In this document: positions 27,507 through 37,647 of the stretch, in pieces
How positions within the stretch are numbered: position 1 is the first letter of the stretch
Layout: every line of letters begins with the position of its first letter
NCBI GenBank assembly: GCA_041601615.1
Contig: JBFIHX010000012.1
Span: 8,363 to 72,362, forward strand
Source: Thermoplasmatota archaeon
GTDB taxonomy: Archaea; Thermoplasmatota; E2; JACPAO01; JAHFTW01
DNA length: 64,000 nt
Direction of reading: 5' to 3'
Notes under the pieces: generated by a model
What the model saw: only the letters and a program-made list of their open reading frames with translations
Databases searched by the model: none
What the model was told of the DNA's origin: nothing
Program-made: the position numbers and the translations under genes

Positions 27507-28490
27507 CTACGCAAAGCGCCGCTTGGCCGTGGCAAGGAGCAGGGCTGCGAGGCCGAGGAATGCCGCGAGCGAGGCCAGGTTGAGGGCCAGAATCGGCCAT
27601 TGGGTGTATGCGCGGCCTGCCCATTGCACCGCCACTGCACTGGCGAGTGGAATCCAGGCGACGAGGGGTTGAACGCGGCCGGTCCAACTGACGGCCCACC
27701 ATGCGATGCCGCCGATGATGGCAAGGAGGGTGGCGGTGAGGGTGGTGGCCCAGAGGACGCGGAATGCGGTCCAGTAGGCTTCGGGGAAGCGGGGGACAAG
27801 CAGGAAGTAGGTGCCGTAGAGGATGCCGACGACGAGGAGCCAGAGGAGGGGGGCTTCGCGGATGGTGGCGCGTAGGACTGCGATGTCGCCTTCGCTTCGT
27901 CCTTCGCTCTTGACGTGGCTGGGGCGGGCGGCGGGGATGGCGAGCACGGCGAGTAGGGCGATGGTGGCGCCGGCGCCGGTGGCTAGGTCGAGGCCGAGCA
28001 GTAGTCGGCCGAGGGCAAGCGGGAAGGTGGTGGCAAGGTCGAGGATCGCTTGCCATGCGCCGTCGAGGCCGGGGGCTGCGGTGGTGGCGGTGGCGGGGCG
28101 CAGGAGGCTTGGGTCGAGGAGCAGGACGGCGACGAGGAGGATGGCGGCGGGGGCAACAAAGAGGGGGGCGAGGGCGGCGAGGACGAAGGTGATGCGGCCG
28201 TAGGGGCCGTTGCGTCGGTGGCGGGGTTTGACGTGGCCGCTGTCGGTTTTGACGTTGAATTCGCGGATGCCGTGGCCGCCGATGAGAAGGAGGGCTGCGT
28301 GGCTGAGTTCGTGGATGAGGACTCCGAACCAGCTGACGATGTTGTAGGTGCGGCGTTGCCAGCGTAGGAGTTTGAACATGCCTTCGCGAAGGACGCGGTC
28401 GACGGCGAGGGCTTGGATGCGCCAGAGGATCCAGGTGGCAAGGAGCGGGACGGCGGCGGCGAGGAGCCAGTTGGTCTCGAATGCGGCCAT
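27507..28490 (-). CDS. M50-like intramembrane metalloprotease
   Basis: GVLIHELSHA (HExxH) followed by G.V and ALAPL; many TM helices. Confidence 0.7.
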   Translation of the reverse strand: MAAFETNWLLAAAVPLLATWILWRIQALAVDRVLREGMFKLLRWQRRTYNIVSWFGVLIHELSHAALLLIGGHGIREFNVKTDSGHVKPRHRRNGPYGRITFVLAALAPLFVAPAAILLVAVLLLDPSLLRPATATTAAPGLDGAWQAILDLATTFPLALGRLLLGLDLATGAGATIALLAVLAIPAARPSHVKSEGRSEGDIAVLRATIREAPLLWLLVVGILYGTYFLLVPRFPEAYWTAFRVLWATTLTATLLAIIGGIAWWAVSWTGRVQPLVAWIPLASAVAVQWAGRAYTQWPILALNLASLAAFLGLAALLLATAKRRFA

Positions 28491-28494
28491 GGGG

Positions 28495-29094
28495 TCAAGA
28501 CTCCGGGTTGTGGTCCAGTTCGTCGAAGGGGCGGGCGGGGGCGCGGGCTTCTGGTGGGTCGTCGATGACTTCGAGGTAGACAGGGACGCCGGTGCCGTCG
28601 TAGGCGCGCCAGGAGTCCATGTCGTAAGGTTGGCAGGCGATGAGGTGGATGGTGCCGTTGGCTTCGAAGAATTCGAAGTCGGCGTCGCTGGGGTAGGGGT
28701 GGGGGTCGGGGTGGCTGTGGGCGGTGCCGCGGATGGTTTTGTCGACGGGTTGCATCCAGGTGTTGATGATGGCGTGTTCGTCGCCTTGGATGGTGGGTAG
28801 GAGGATCAGTTCGGTGACGGTGTCGCCTTCGACGCGGAGCATGGCGGCAAATTCGAGGGGGTAGCTTTCGGCGCCGCCGCCGAGGAATGCTTGTAGGCAG
28901 CCGCGTCGGATATGGCGGACGGTGGGGTGTTCGAAGGTGTCGCGGCTCCAGGTTTCCCAGTGGGCCCAGTATTCGTCTTCGGTGCAGTGTTGCCACCAGT
29001 GTTCTTCTTCGTCCTCGGTCCAGGTGTCGCGGGGTAGGGTTTGGTAGTTTTCGCGGATGGTGCGCCAGGTGCCCTTGGGTTTGCGTCGGAACAT
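28495..29094 (-). CDS. JAMM/MPN+ (Mov34) metalloprotease with Trp/Glu-rich N-terminal extension
   Basis: YPLEF..., GTAHSHP...PSDAD JAMM motif; ATG at 29094. Confidence 0.85.
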   Translation of the reverse strand: MFRRKPKGTWRTIRENYQTLPRDTWTEDEEEHWWQHCTEDEYWAHWETWSRDTFEHPTVRHIRRGCLQAFLGGGAESYPLEFAAMLRVEGDTVTELILLPTIQGDEHAIINTWMQPVDKTIRGTAHSHPDPHPYPSDADFEFFEANGTIHLIACQPYDMDSWRAYDGTGVPVYLEVIDDPPEARAPARPFDELDHNPES

Positions 29095-29111
29095 GGGGGG
29101 GTGTGCTCCGT

Positions 29112-30005
29112 TTACCGGGTGAGTTTGGTTCGGACGCGTTCGTAGAAGCCGCTGCCGAGGCGTACGAAGAGGGCCATGTGGCCGCTGGGGGCGACGCGGA
29201 CGATGCTGCCGGTGTCTACGTCGTGGCCTTCTTGGCCGTCGATGACGACGCGGGCTTGTTGGATGCCTTGGGCGGAGTCGCGGGGTAGGAGGTGGATTTC
29301 GACGGTGGCGGTGCCGGGGACGACCCAGGGGCGGCTGGCGAGTTTGAAGGGTGCGATGGGGGCGAGGATGGTGCCTTGGACTTTGGGGTGGACGAGGGGG
29401 GCGCCGACGCTCATGGCGTAGCCGGTGCTGCCGGTGGGGGTGCTGACGATGAAGCCGTCGCCTCGGAAGATGTCGAGGACTTCGCCGTCGACGCGGACTT
29501 CGAAGCGAATCAATTTGGCGATGCGGCTGGTTTGGAGGGTGACTTCGTTGAGAGCGTCGCTGAGGCGCACGTCGTCGAGCCAGGCGCCGAGTTTGGGGCG
29601 TTCTTCGATGGTGAAGTGGCCTGCGAGTACGCGTTGGAGTCCTTCTTCGACCATGGGTGGGTCTACTTCGGCAAGAAAGCCGACGGCGCCTGCGTTGACG
29701 CCGAAGACGGGCTTGGTGCAGCGTTGCATGGTGTGGAGGATGGTGCCGTCTCCTCCGACGGTGATGAGGTAATCGCAGCGTTTGTCCAGGTCGGTGAGTT
29801 CGTGGACGGTTTCGCCTTCGGCGCTGGCGAGTTCTGTTTCCCAGAGCACTTTTTGGCCGAGGTCTGCGAGGATGCCGGCGATGCGTTCGGCTTCGAGGCG
29901 GACGTGTTGGATGCTGCCTTTGCCGACGAGGCCCCAGGTGAGGTTTTTGCTGGCGCTGGGTGCGGCTTCGTGCATGCGGCGTAGGCTTCCGTCGACGCCG
30001 CGCAT
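29112..30005 (-). CDS. nadK: NAD(+) kinase
   Basis: GGDGT, GVNAGAVGFL, ALNE, GDGFIVSTPTGSTGYAMSVGAP, IDG. Confidence 0.95.
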   Translation of the reverse strand: MRGVDGSLRRMHEAAPSASKNLTWGLVGKGSIQHVRLEAERIAGILADLGQKVLWETELASAEGETVHELTDLDKRCDYLITVGGDGTILHTMQRCTKPVFGVNAGAVGFLAEVDPPMVEEGLQRVLAGHFTIEERPKLGAWLDDVRLSDALNEVTLQTSRIAKLIRFEVRVDGEVLDIFRGDGFIVSTPTGSTGYAMSVGAPLVHPKVQGTILAPIAPFKLASRPWVVPGTATVEIHLLPRDSAQGIQQARVVIDGQEGHDVDTGSIVRVAPSGHMALFVRLGSGFYERVRTKLTR

Positions 30006-30817
30006 TAGGTTTCCTCCAGGAACATGGGGAGGGATGAGGGGTCGTGGACGGCGAGCACGCCGGTGCGGGCGTCGAGGGTGAACGGGGTGTCCAGGTCGAT
30101 GCCGGTGGCGGGGTGCACGACGCGGCCACCGGCTTCTCGGACAAAGAGGGTGCCGGCTGCGATGTCGATGACGCGGAGCCAGTCTTCGGGGGCGTCGAAG
30201 GCGTCGAGGGCGCCGGTTCCGACCAGGCAGAGTTCGAGGGCGGCGGATCCGAGGTCGCGGATGTGGTGTTGGCGGCGTTGGAGGCTTTCGACGGTGGCGA
30301 GGTCGGAGTAGTCGGCGAGTAGGGCTACGAGTACGTCGTCGGGGTCGAAGGGGCGGCGGGTGACTTTGTGGCCGTTGACGCGGGCGCCGCCGCCGGAGAT
30401 GGCTTCGTAGCGTACGCCGCTTGTGAGGTCGCGCACGACGCCTACTTGCAGGTCCCAGAGGGAGTTGGTGCCGATGCCGATGCTGGTGCAGAAGAAGGGG
30501 ATGCCTCGGCTGCTGTTGCGGGTGCCGTCGATGGGGTCGATGACGGCTACGAGGTCTCCTTCGCCGACGGCGCCGGCTTCTTCGGATAGGATGCGTACTC
30601 CGGCGTCGCGGGCTACTTCGAGCATGGCGGCTTCGACGTGTCGGTCGGCGCGGCTGGTGGGGGTGCCGTCGGCGCCCATGGCGACGTTGTCGCCTCGGTC
30701 GGCGCGGTATTGGACTTCTTGCCAGGCATCGTAGGCGGCGTCGGCCAGGGCGTGTGCGATGCCTAGGGCGTTGGTCATTGGGCGGGGGACGGCGTGGGAG
30801 GCCATGAAGGTGGTCAC
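30005..30817 (-). CDS. Inositol monophosphatase family protein (candidate NADP phosphatase)
   Basis: GADGTPT..AD, LSEE, IDPIDGT.N, R.LGSAALELC, R.IDIAAG; TAATG overlap with nadK. Confidence 0.9.
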   Translation of the reverse strand: MTTFMASHAVPRPMTNALGIAHALADAAYDAWQEVQYRADRGDNVAMGADGTPTSRADRHVEAAMLEVARDAGVRILSEEAGAVGEGDLVAVIDPIDGTRNSSRGIPFFCTSIGIGTNSLWDLQVGVVRDLTSGVRYEAISGGGARVNGHKVTRRPFDPDDVLVALLADYSDLATVESLQRRQHHIRDLGSAALELCLVGTGALDAFDAPEDWLRVIDIAAGTLFVREAGGRVVHPATGIDLDTPFTLDARTGVLAVHDPSSLPMFLEET

Positions 30818-32388
30818 TCGGAGCCGGCGGTGGGGGCTTCGTCGTTCTCGTTGGCGCGGGCTTCCGCGTGGGGGTCGGGGCCGAAGAGGGGCGCGGGCGG
30901 CAGGAGTCCTTGATCCTTGGCTTCCTGTACGGCTTTGCGTCGGTACCAGAAGAAGATGGGGAGGCCTGCGAGCACGACGCCGAAGGAGAAGAGGCGGTTG
31001 AAGTTGGAGCCGCCGAAGTTGGCGATTTGGTCGTAGATGAGGTAGGCGACGAAGGTCCAGGCGACGAGGGCGTAGGCGATGGGTAGGAATGGGTAGAGTG
31101 GTACCTTGTAGGGTCGGTGTAGGTTGGGGTGGGTGCGGCGCAGGACGAGGAGGCCTACGGCGGCGAGTCCGTAGAAGAAGAAGGAGATGAACACGACGTT
31201 GTCGGTGAGTTGGTTGAAGTCGAAGAAGAGCAGGAACACCACGGCTAGAAGCGCTTGAAACAGGATGGCCCAGCCGGGGGTGCGGTGGGGGCTGAGGCGT
31301 TCAAAGATGCGCGGGAAGAGGCGGTCTTTGCTCATGGCGTAGTAGATGCGGGGGCCGCTCATGGTGATGCCGTTGAGGGCGCCGAAGACGCTGACGAGGA
31401 TCATGACCGCCACAAAATTGCCGCCGTTTGCAAACAGTTGGCCGGCGGTGTTGGTGGCGACGGTTTTGGCGTTGTCGTTGATGCCGGCGGCGTTGGCGTC
31501 GGCGAATCCTTGGTAGCCGAGGACGTTAAGGTACCCGAGGCTGACGAGGATGTAGAGGATCATGACGGCGACGAGTCCAAACAGCATCGCTTTGGGGATG
31601 TTGCGGCCGGGGTTTTTGAGTTCGGAGCCGACGCGCACGACGTTGGTCCAGCCGTCGTAGGCAAACAGCGCGCCGACCATGGCGACGGTCAGGAAGAGGC
31701 CAATGTCGAAGCCGTGGTATGCGGTGTCGGTGCCGGCGGCGTCGCGCAGGGTGTAGTCGGCGGCGTGGAAGAAGTCGATTTCGGGGGTTGCTGCGGCGCC
31801 GAAGTACGTCAATGCGAACAGGGCGAGGAGCACGATGAGGAGGCCTTTGAGGGCGGTGAAGGCCATTTGCACGCCGCCGCCGTATTTGACGCCGTAGTAG
31901 TTGATGAGGGAGAGGACGCCGATGAGGCAGACGGCGAGCACTTGCGCGGTCGTGATGGTGATTGGGCCGGCGGACAGAAGAATTTCGGGGGTTGGGTCGG
32001 GGGTGAGGACGAACAGTTGTTCGGCGAAGATGATGGCGAGGGCGGCGGCGGAACCGGCCAGATTGATGGTGAATGCAACCCAGCCCGACAGGAATGCGGC
32101 GAGGGAGCCGAGGCCTTCTTTCAGGAATACGTATTCGCCGCCGGCTTTGGGGAAGATGGTGCCAAGTTCGGCGTAGGTGAGGGCGCCCATGAGGGTCATG
32201 AGGCCGGCGACGACCCAGAGGACGACGATCATCCAAGGGCTGCCGGTTCCTTGGGCGACGCGGTTGACGCTGAGGAAGATGCCGCTGCCGATGACGATGC
32301 CGACAATCATGGAGACGGCGCCGAATAGGTTCAGCTCTCGCCGCATGGTGCGGGTTTGCGGTGCCGGTACGGCAATTTTGGCGGCCAT
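30814..32388 (-). CDS. APC family amino acid permease
   Basis: IGSGIF, YAELGT.FPKAGGEY, FAYDGW, ELKNP.RNIP, RPYKVPLYP. Confidence 0.95.
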   Translation of the reverse strand: MAAKIAVPAPQTRTMRRELNLFGAVSMIVGIVIGSGIFLSVNRVAQGTGSPWMIVVLWVVAGLMTLMGALTYAELGTIFPKAGGEYVFLKEGLGSLAAFLSGWVAFTINLAGSAAALAIIFAEQLFVLTPDPTPEILLSAGPITITTAQVLAVCLIGVLSLINYYGVKYGGGVQMAFTALKGLLIVLLALFALTYFGAAATPEIDFFHAADYTLRDAAGTDTAYHGFDIGLFLTVAMVGALFAYDGWTNVVRVGSELKNPGRNIPKAMLFGLVAVMILYILVSLGYLNVLGYQGFADANAAGINDNAKTVATNTAGQLFANGGNFVAVMILVSVFGALNGITMSGPRIYYAMSKDRLFPRIFERLSPHRTPGWAILFQALLAVVFLLFFDFNQLTDNVVFISFFFYGLAAVGLLVLRRTHPNLHRPYKVPLYPFLPIAYALVAWTFVAYLIYDQIANFGGSNFNRLFSFGVVLAGLPIFFWYRRKAVQEAKDQGLLPPAPLFGPDPHAEARANENDEAPTAGSE

Positions 32389-32580
32389 CAGCCGGAGACG
32401 ATGGCGGTGCGTGGCTCTTCATGGTTTTCATCCAGGAGTCAGGAGCTCTGCTGTGGTGGGGCGCAAAGGTCGACGAAATGGATCAAGGCAAACGGCGGGA
32501 GGCGGCCGGCCGCTCAACGAAAGGGGAACGAGAAAGGAATGAGGTTGTTCGAAACGCTCGAACCGGTCGCGGGAGCGGAT

Positions 32581-32853
32581 TTAGTTGAGCCAAACCCAGC
32601 CGGTGCAGAAGAAATCGCCTTCGTATGGCCCGTATTGCTGGCCTTGCGGGCACATCATCGGGGGTAGGAGCGCGTAGCCGACGCCAACACAGGCGTGGCC
32701 GTCGTTGGAAACGCCGACGCCGAAGGGGCCCACGGGCGTCCAGTCGGTGCGCTCGTAGCAGGGCTCGTTGTGGTCGGCGCTGGCGACGGGGGTCGCCACG
32801 ACGGCCAGTGCGCACACGATGAGGGCAGAGAGAAACATGGATTTGCGTTCCAT
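32581..32853 (-). CDS. Small secreted Cys-containing protein
   Basis: Signal peptide ending ASA; four Cys in a ~64-aa mature part. Confidence 0.65.
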   Translation of the reverse strand: MERKSMFLSALIVCALAVVATPVASADHNEPCYERTDWTPVGPFGVGVSNDGHACVGVGYALLPPMMCPQGQQYGPYEGDFFCTGWVWLN

Positions 32854-32960
32854 AAAGTGGCAGCCTGGAGGGGCTGGATAGGCCTTTTTCGGGACAAGTG
32901 GAGAACCATTGGTGTCTCGGAACGCTTTATCAGGGCCACTCCTTGCGCGCGAACGAGACC

Positions 32961-33347
32961 ATGAAGGAGCAGACCGAAGCGCGGATGTTGAAGGAAGGGC
33001 GCTACATGCTCATTGACGACGAACCGTGCAAGATCGACAGCATCAGCAAGTCGAAGCCGGGCAAGCACGGCGCCGCTAAGGTCCGCATCGAGGGCCGCAG
33101 CATCTTCACTGGATCGAAGAAGACCTACACTGGCAGTGTGACGGACAAGGTCTGGGTTCCCGCTATGGATCGCCGCAGTGCTCAGGTGCTGTCTGTGCGT
33201 GACAAGGTGGCCCAAATCATGGACAGTGATTCGTTCGAGACTTTTGATCTTGATATTCCTGATGATATGTCGGATGTAGAGGCAGGCAAGGACTGCGTGT
33301 ACATCGAGGCCATGGGTCGGCGCATGCTGACCAGTGTCCAAGTCTAA
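32961..33347 (+). CDS. eif5a: Translation factor aIF-5A
   Basis: KSKPGKHGAAK hypusine motif; LKEG.Y..IDDEPC.I. Confidence 0.97.
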   Translation: MKEQTEARMLKEGRYMLIDDEPCKIDSISKSKPGKHGAAKVRIEGRSIFTGSKKTYTGSVTDKVWVPAMDRRSAQVLSVRDKVAQIMDSDSFETFDLDIPDDMSDVEAGKDCVYIEAMGRRMLTSVQV

Positions 33348-33348
33348 G

Positions 33349-33371
33349 CTGGGCGATCTCGGCCCAGTTTT
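33349..33371 (+). terminator. Hairpin plus T-tract after eif5a
   Basis: CTGGGC-N7-GCCCAG followed by TTTT directly after the stop codon. Confidence 0.45.
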
Positions 33372-33723
33372 GCACTTCGGCTGTCGTCATCGAGAGTTGG
33401 CGAACCTGCGACGTGATTCGATGCCACGTTCAGCGGCGGCTCTTGGCAGCGCCCACAATTCCTGAATCGGCTCCGAGTGTGCCGTTTCCCTGAGCGCTGG
33501 CTGGTTTCTTTCGGGATTTCGGCGTGGGCTTGGGGCTCTTGCTCGGAATCGGATGCGTCTCGGTCTTGAACGCTCCTTATCGCACTCAAATCCCTTTCTC
33601 TTTCCCCGATCCTATTTTTCCTCTTCGTTCCATGTTTTTGTACTTTTGGCGCCGGTTGGGGAACCACCTTTTGAACATTGTGTGGTGTGTCTCATATACC
33701 ACCGGGAACCAAAGGAGCAGAAC

Positions 33724-34014
33724 ATGGAGGACCGTGAATCCTTGGCGCGTGCTGTCCTCATGCGGTTTGCTGAGGCGCCGGGCGCGGCGCTTCTTGCCGC
33801 ACTTCGGGGGCTGTGTTCTCGTGAGGAGTTGGAGCGCAGTCGAATCTCCTTGCTTCGTCATTTGGAGCGGGAGCCTTGGGTGGTGGCGCTTGACGCGGTG
33901 GCCAGGGAGGAGTGCGCGGCGTTTGGGTTCCTGGCTCGTTCGGAGGCGCGCAACGCCGGTTTTCTCGTGCCGTTCGATGTCATGGGCATGGATCGGGTGC
34001 TCTCGAAGGCCTAA
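33724..34014 (+). CDS. Hypothetical protein
   Basis: MEDRESLARAV..., AGGAG upstream, co-oriented with pyrF. Confidence 0.55.
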   Translation: MEDRESLARAVLMRFAEAPGAALLAALRGLCSREELERSRISLLRHLEREPWVVALDAVAREECAAFGFLARSEARNAGFLVPFDVMGMDRVLSKA

Positions 34015-34037
34015 AGTCGCGGCGTCGGTGCCCGTGC

Positions 34038-34862
34038 ATGGCGCGATTCTACGACGTATTGGCCGAGAGTGCTCTGCGGGCTGGATCGTGGCTTTGTGTG
34101 GGGCTGGATCCGGATCCGGAAAAGTATCCTGCGGGCCTGGACGCGGAGGACACGAGCGAGTTTTTGCTCGGCGTCATTGAGGCGACCGCTGAGGTGGCGT
34201 GTGCCTTCAAGCCGAACGCGGCGTTCTTTGAGGCCCTCGGGTCGCTTGGTCAGGAGGCATTGGAGGATGTGGTGGCCGCTGTGCCGCCGGGTATTCCCGT
34301 GATCCTGGATGGCAAGCGCAACGATATTGGCAACACGGCGCGCAAGTACGCGGAGGCGGCCTTCGAGGAATTGGGCGCGGACGCGGTGACGGTTACGCCG
34401 TATCTGGGCTTGGACACGGTGGCTCCTTTTGCCGAGTACGAGGAACATGGTGTCTTTTTGCTGGCACGAACGAGCAACCCGAGCGCTGGCGATTTCCAGG
34501 ATTTGCCCGTGGATGCTGCTGGGACGCCCTTGTATCAGGCCGTGGCGCGCAAGGCGATGGAATGGAACAAGGATTTTGGCAATCTTGGCCTCGTTTCGGG
34601 CGCGACGTACCCGGATGAGTTGGCCACTCTGCGCACACTCGTGGGCAACGATGTGCCGCTGTTGATTCCCGGCGTGGGTGCCCAGGGCGCCGATGCGAGG
34701 ACGACGCTTTCTCGCGGCGGCGACACCACGGGTCGATTCGCCGTTGTCAACGTGGGCCGAGCCGTAATGTATGCCGGCAGTGGCGACGATTGGCATGCGG
34801 AGGTGGCTGCTGCGGCGCGTCGTTTTGCCGCGGACCTTGCTCCTGTGCCGGCGATTTCGTAG
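34038..34862 (+). CDS. pyrF: Orotidine-5'-phosphate decarboxylase (subfamily 2)
   Basis: LCVGLDP, FKPNAAFFE, DGKRNDIGNT, RTSNP, GAT.P, L.PGVGAQG. Confidence 0.95.
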   Translation: MARFYDVLAESALRAGSWLCVGLDPDPEKYPAGLDAEDTSEFLLGVIEATAEVACAFKPNAAFFEALGSLGQEALEDVVAAVPPGIPVILDGKRNDIGNTARKYAEAAFEELGADAVTVTPYLGLDTVAPFAEYEEHGVFLLARTSNPSAGDFQDLPVDAAGTPLYQAVARKAMEWNKDFGNLGLVSGATYPDELATLRTLVGNDVPLLIPGVGAQGADARTTLSRGGDTTGRFAVVNVGRAVMYAGSGDDWHAEVAAAARRFAADLAPVPAIS

Positions 34863-34877
34863 GCGTCTGCGTTTTGC

Positions 34878-35762
34878 TTAGCTTCGCGCACTGGTGACGG
34901 TGAAGTCCTTCTTTTGCATGAGGGCGGCACCGAAGCTGCCCCAGAGCACGATCCAGGTTCCAAGCAGCAGCAGCGACAGCCATACTGCGATGCCTGCGTT
35001 CCATTCGGGGAGCGCTTGCTGGACGAGGTTGGCGGCGGCAAAGGAGACGGTCATGATGCCGGGGCCTGTTGCGTCTCCTGCGATGCCAAAGGGGAGTTCC
35101 CAGGCTAGGTACACGATGAGGTTGGCGAGGAAGTGGAACCGGGTGGCTACGAGGCTGATGAACCCAAACAGGGCGGCGAGTCCGGCTCCGAGAAGGGGCG
35201 CTGCGGTGAGTACGCCGGCTGCGATGCGGAATGCGATCGGGCCGCTGGCGGTGGTCACGTCGATGGTTGCTCCGCTGGAAACATAGTCGCGGCTGATGAG
35301 GTATTGTGCGTCCTGGTACCAGAGGTTCCATTCGATGCCCAAGAACGCGGCAAACAGAATGGCTTGAAACAGCGCGAGTCCTGCGGTGGCGAGGATGACG
35401 GCGGCGAGCCGGCTGCGGTATTGGGTGGCGCGGCGCACGGGGCGCACGAGTAGGTAGCTGAGGGTGCGGTCTTCTACGTCGTCGGCAAGCATTCCGCCTG
35501 CAAGCAGCAATGCTACGAGGGGGACGGTTCCGGCAAGCAGGAAGAAGCTCGCGCTGACGCCGTCGCCGTAGTAGTACTCCGGTTGGGGTTGGTTTGTGGC
35601 GCCGGGGCCGTTGTCGGGTGTGTCGCCCATGGAGAGCGAGGTGTCCACCAACAGCAACGCTCCGAAGATGGCGGGGAGGCAGCTGAGAATGATGGCGAAG
35701 AGGAATTTTTTGGAGTGCACGAGGCGGCGCAAGGAGAGGCGGAAGCTGGGTCCGTGGATCAC
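34878..35762 (-). CDS. ABC transporter permease
   Basis: DDVEDRTLSYLLVRPV motif, six TM helices; GTGA overlap with the upstream ATPase stop. Confidence 0.85.
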   Translation of the reverse strand: MIHGPSFRLSLRRLVHSKKFLFAIILSCLPAIFGALLLVDTSLSMGDTPDNGPGATNQPQPEYYYGDGVSASFFLLAGTVPLVALLLAGGMLADDVEDRTLSYLLVRPVRRATQYRSRLAAVILATAGLALFQAILFAAFLGIEWNLWYQDAQYLISRDYVSSGATIDVTTASGPIAFRIAAGVLTAAPLLGAGLAALFGFISLVATRFHFLANLIVYLAWELPFGIAGDATGPGIMTVSFAAANLVQQALPEWNAGIAVWLSLLLLGTWIVLWGSFGAALMQKKDFTVTSARS

Positions 35763-36709
35763 GCATTCACCTCCCCGGCAAGGTAGTCGAAGACACTGTC
35801 GAGGTCGGCGTCGAGGGTGCGCAGGCCGCCGATCTTCCATGCTGGTGTTGCTTGGTCATGGAACTTCCCCAAAAAGTCGCGAAGGCGCAAGGTCAGGATT
35901 TCGATGGCGTCGGTTTGGACGGTGACGCCTTCGACGCTGTCCCAGCCAAGAAGCTTGGAGCCAAGTTTGCGCGCTTCTGGGGTGGTTATGCGGATGCGGC
36001 TGGGCACTTGGCCTAGGTTGTCGCGGACTTCTCGCACGTCGCCACGGGCCACGAGTCGGCCGCCGGAGAGTACGGCGACGTCTCGGGTGAGCCGTTCGAC
36101 TTCGGGCAGGATGTGGCTGCTGACGAGGATGGTGCAGCCTTCTCGTGCGAGGCTGCGGATTCGGTCTTGGATGCGCCGGCGTGCTAGGGGGTCGCAGCCA
36201 AGCAGGGGCTCGTCGAGCAGCAACAGTTCGGGTTGGTGCAGGAGTGCTTGGGCAAGTTTGACGCGTTGACGCATGCCTTTGGAGTAGGTCTTGATGCGGC
36301 GGTCCATGCCGTCGGCGAGCCCGAGGGCGGTGAGTTCTTCTTCGGCGGCTTTGCGGGCTTTTGCGAGGGGCATGCCGCCTACTTCGGCAAGGCGGGCGAC
36401 GAATTCGGGCCCGGTCATGTCCTCGTAGAAGGCGTCTTGTTCCGGCACGAAGCCCATGCGGCCGAGGACAGCGGGGTTGTCCCAGATCGGTTGTCCAAAC
36501 GCCCGGACGGTGCCGACAGTGGGGCGAACGTGGCCGGTGCAGACTTTCATGAAGGTGGATTTGCCGGCTGCGTTGGGTCCGACGAGGGCGGTGATGCCGC
36601 CGTCCAATTCGAGGCTGACGCGGTTCATGGCGACCACGTCACCGTAGCTTCGGGTGACTTCGTGGAGGTGCAGCACGGGCGCGGTGCGGGGTGATTTGGT
36701 GGGGCTCAT
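35759..36709 (-). CDS. ABC transporter ATP-binding protein
   Basis: GPNAAGKST, YSKGMRQR, LLLDEP, SSH; ATGA overlap. Confidence 0.95.
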   Translation of the reverse strand: MSPTKSPRTAPVLHLHEVTRSYGDVVAMNRVSLELDGGITALVGPNAAGKSTFMKVCTGHVRPTVGTVRAFGQPIWDNPAVLGRMGFVPEQDAFYEDMTGPEFVARLAEVGGMPLAKARKAAEEELTALGLADGMDRRIKTYSKGMRQRVKLAQALLHQPELLLLDEPLLGCDPLARRRIQDRIRSLAREGCTILVSSHILPEVERLTRDVAVLSGGRLVARGDVREVRDNLGQVPSRIRITTPEARKLGSKLLGWDSVEGVTVQTDAIEILTLRLRDFLGKFHDQATPAWKIGGLRTLDADLDSVFDYLAGEVNA

Positions 36710-37647
36710 AGCAAGGCCTCCAGTCGGTGGAGCCGTCGGTGCGTGAGCCACAAGGCGAGGATGGAGGTGCCGAGCATGAGCGCGTAGACGAGGGTCATGG
36801 AGAGGCCAAGTTGGGCGTAGTGTTCGGGTGGCGGCGGGGTGTAGTGGCGTCCGTCGGGGCCGAGGTATCGGATGCGGTCGTGGTAGTAGACTTGGAAGGG
36901 CAATTCAAACAGGAGGGTTAGCCAGCCAATGGGGCCCCAGATGAATTTCAGGGAGGAGTCGGCGAGGATGCTGGCGCTGGTTCCAAGCAGGCTCCAGGCG
37001 CCGACGATGATGGCGAATCCCATGGCGGCGTGCCAGGTGCGGCGGGTGTGGGCGCTCACTACGAGTACGATGGCGGTAATCCACAGCAGCATGACCAGTA
37101 GGCCTGGTATGGCGACGGTGAGTGCGTGCAGGGCGTCGGTGCCTGTGGCGATTTCGTTGTGGTATTCGATGCCGGATTGGGGGCCGACGCGAATCAAGAG
37201 TCCGAGCAACAGCAGGAGGGCGACGGGGACAAAGGAGATGGCAAGCAGCACGCCAGCCAAGAAGAACAGTTTGCCGCGAAAGTAGGTGCCGGGGCGCAGG
37301 GGTCGACTGAAGTAGAACAGGGGTGCGTTGTAGCGGAGGTCTTCGGCAAACAGGGGCGCGCCGACGAGGAGGGCAAAGAGGAGCGCGGGAAGAAGCGATA
37401 GGAAGCTGGCGCCGACGATGATGTCGCTTCCTTGGAAGTACATGGGGTAGATTGGATTGGTCCAGGCTGCAAGGTTGCCGCCGATGGCCACTAGGAGGAA
37501 GACGCCGATGATGACGAGTGGCGTTGCGGTGTACCAGGTGCGAAGCAGGGTGCGCAAGTGGTAGCGCACGAGGATGCTCCAGCCTGGGCGCGCTTCGGTG
37601 CTGGTTTCGGATTGCCAGGTCCGAAAGCGTCGCAGTTCGACGGTTAT
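36706..37647 (-). CDS. ABC transporter permease (probable non-canonical ATA start)
   Basis: AEDLRYNA..FYFSRPL...YF.GK motif, TM helices; ATA overlaps the upstream TAA with GGAGG 7 nt upstream. Confidence 0.8.
   Translation of the reverse strand: MTVELRRFRTWQSETSTEARPGWSILVRYHLRTLLRTWYTATPLVIIGVFLLVAIGGNLAAWTNPIYPMYFQGSDIIVGASFLSLLPALLFALLVGAPLFAEDLRYNAPLFYFSRPLRPGTYFRGKLFFLAGVLLAISFVPVALLLLLGLLIRVGPQSGIEYHNEIATGTDALHALTVAIPGLLVMLLWITAIVLVVSAHTRRTWHAAMGFAIIVGAWSLLGTSASILADSSLKFIWGPIGWLTLLFELPFQVYYHDRIRYLGPDGRHYTPPPPEHYAQLGLSMTLVYALMLGTSILALWLTHRRLHRLEALL

Noticed and set aside
33344-33667. 107-aa minus-strand ORF or ncRNA downstream of eif5a
   Set aside because: No recognisable motif, it spans a purine/pyrimidine tract, and possible pairings are too weak to call; the gap remains unexplained
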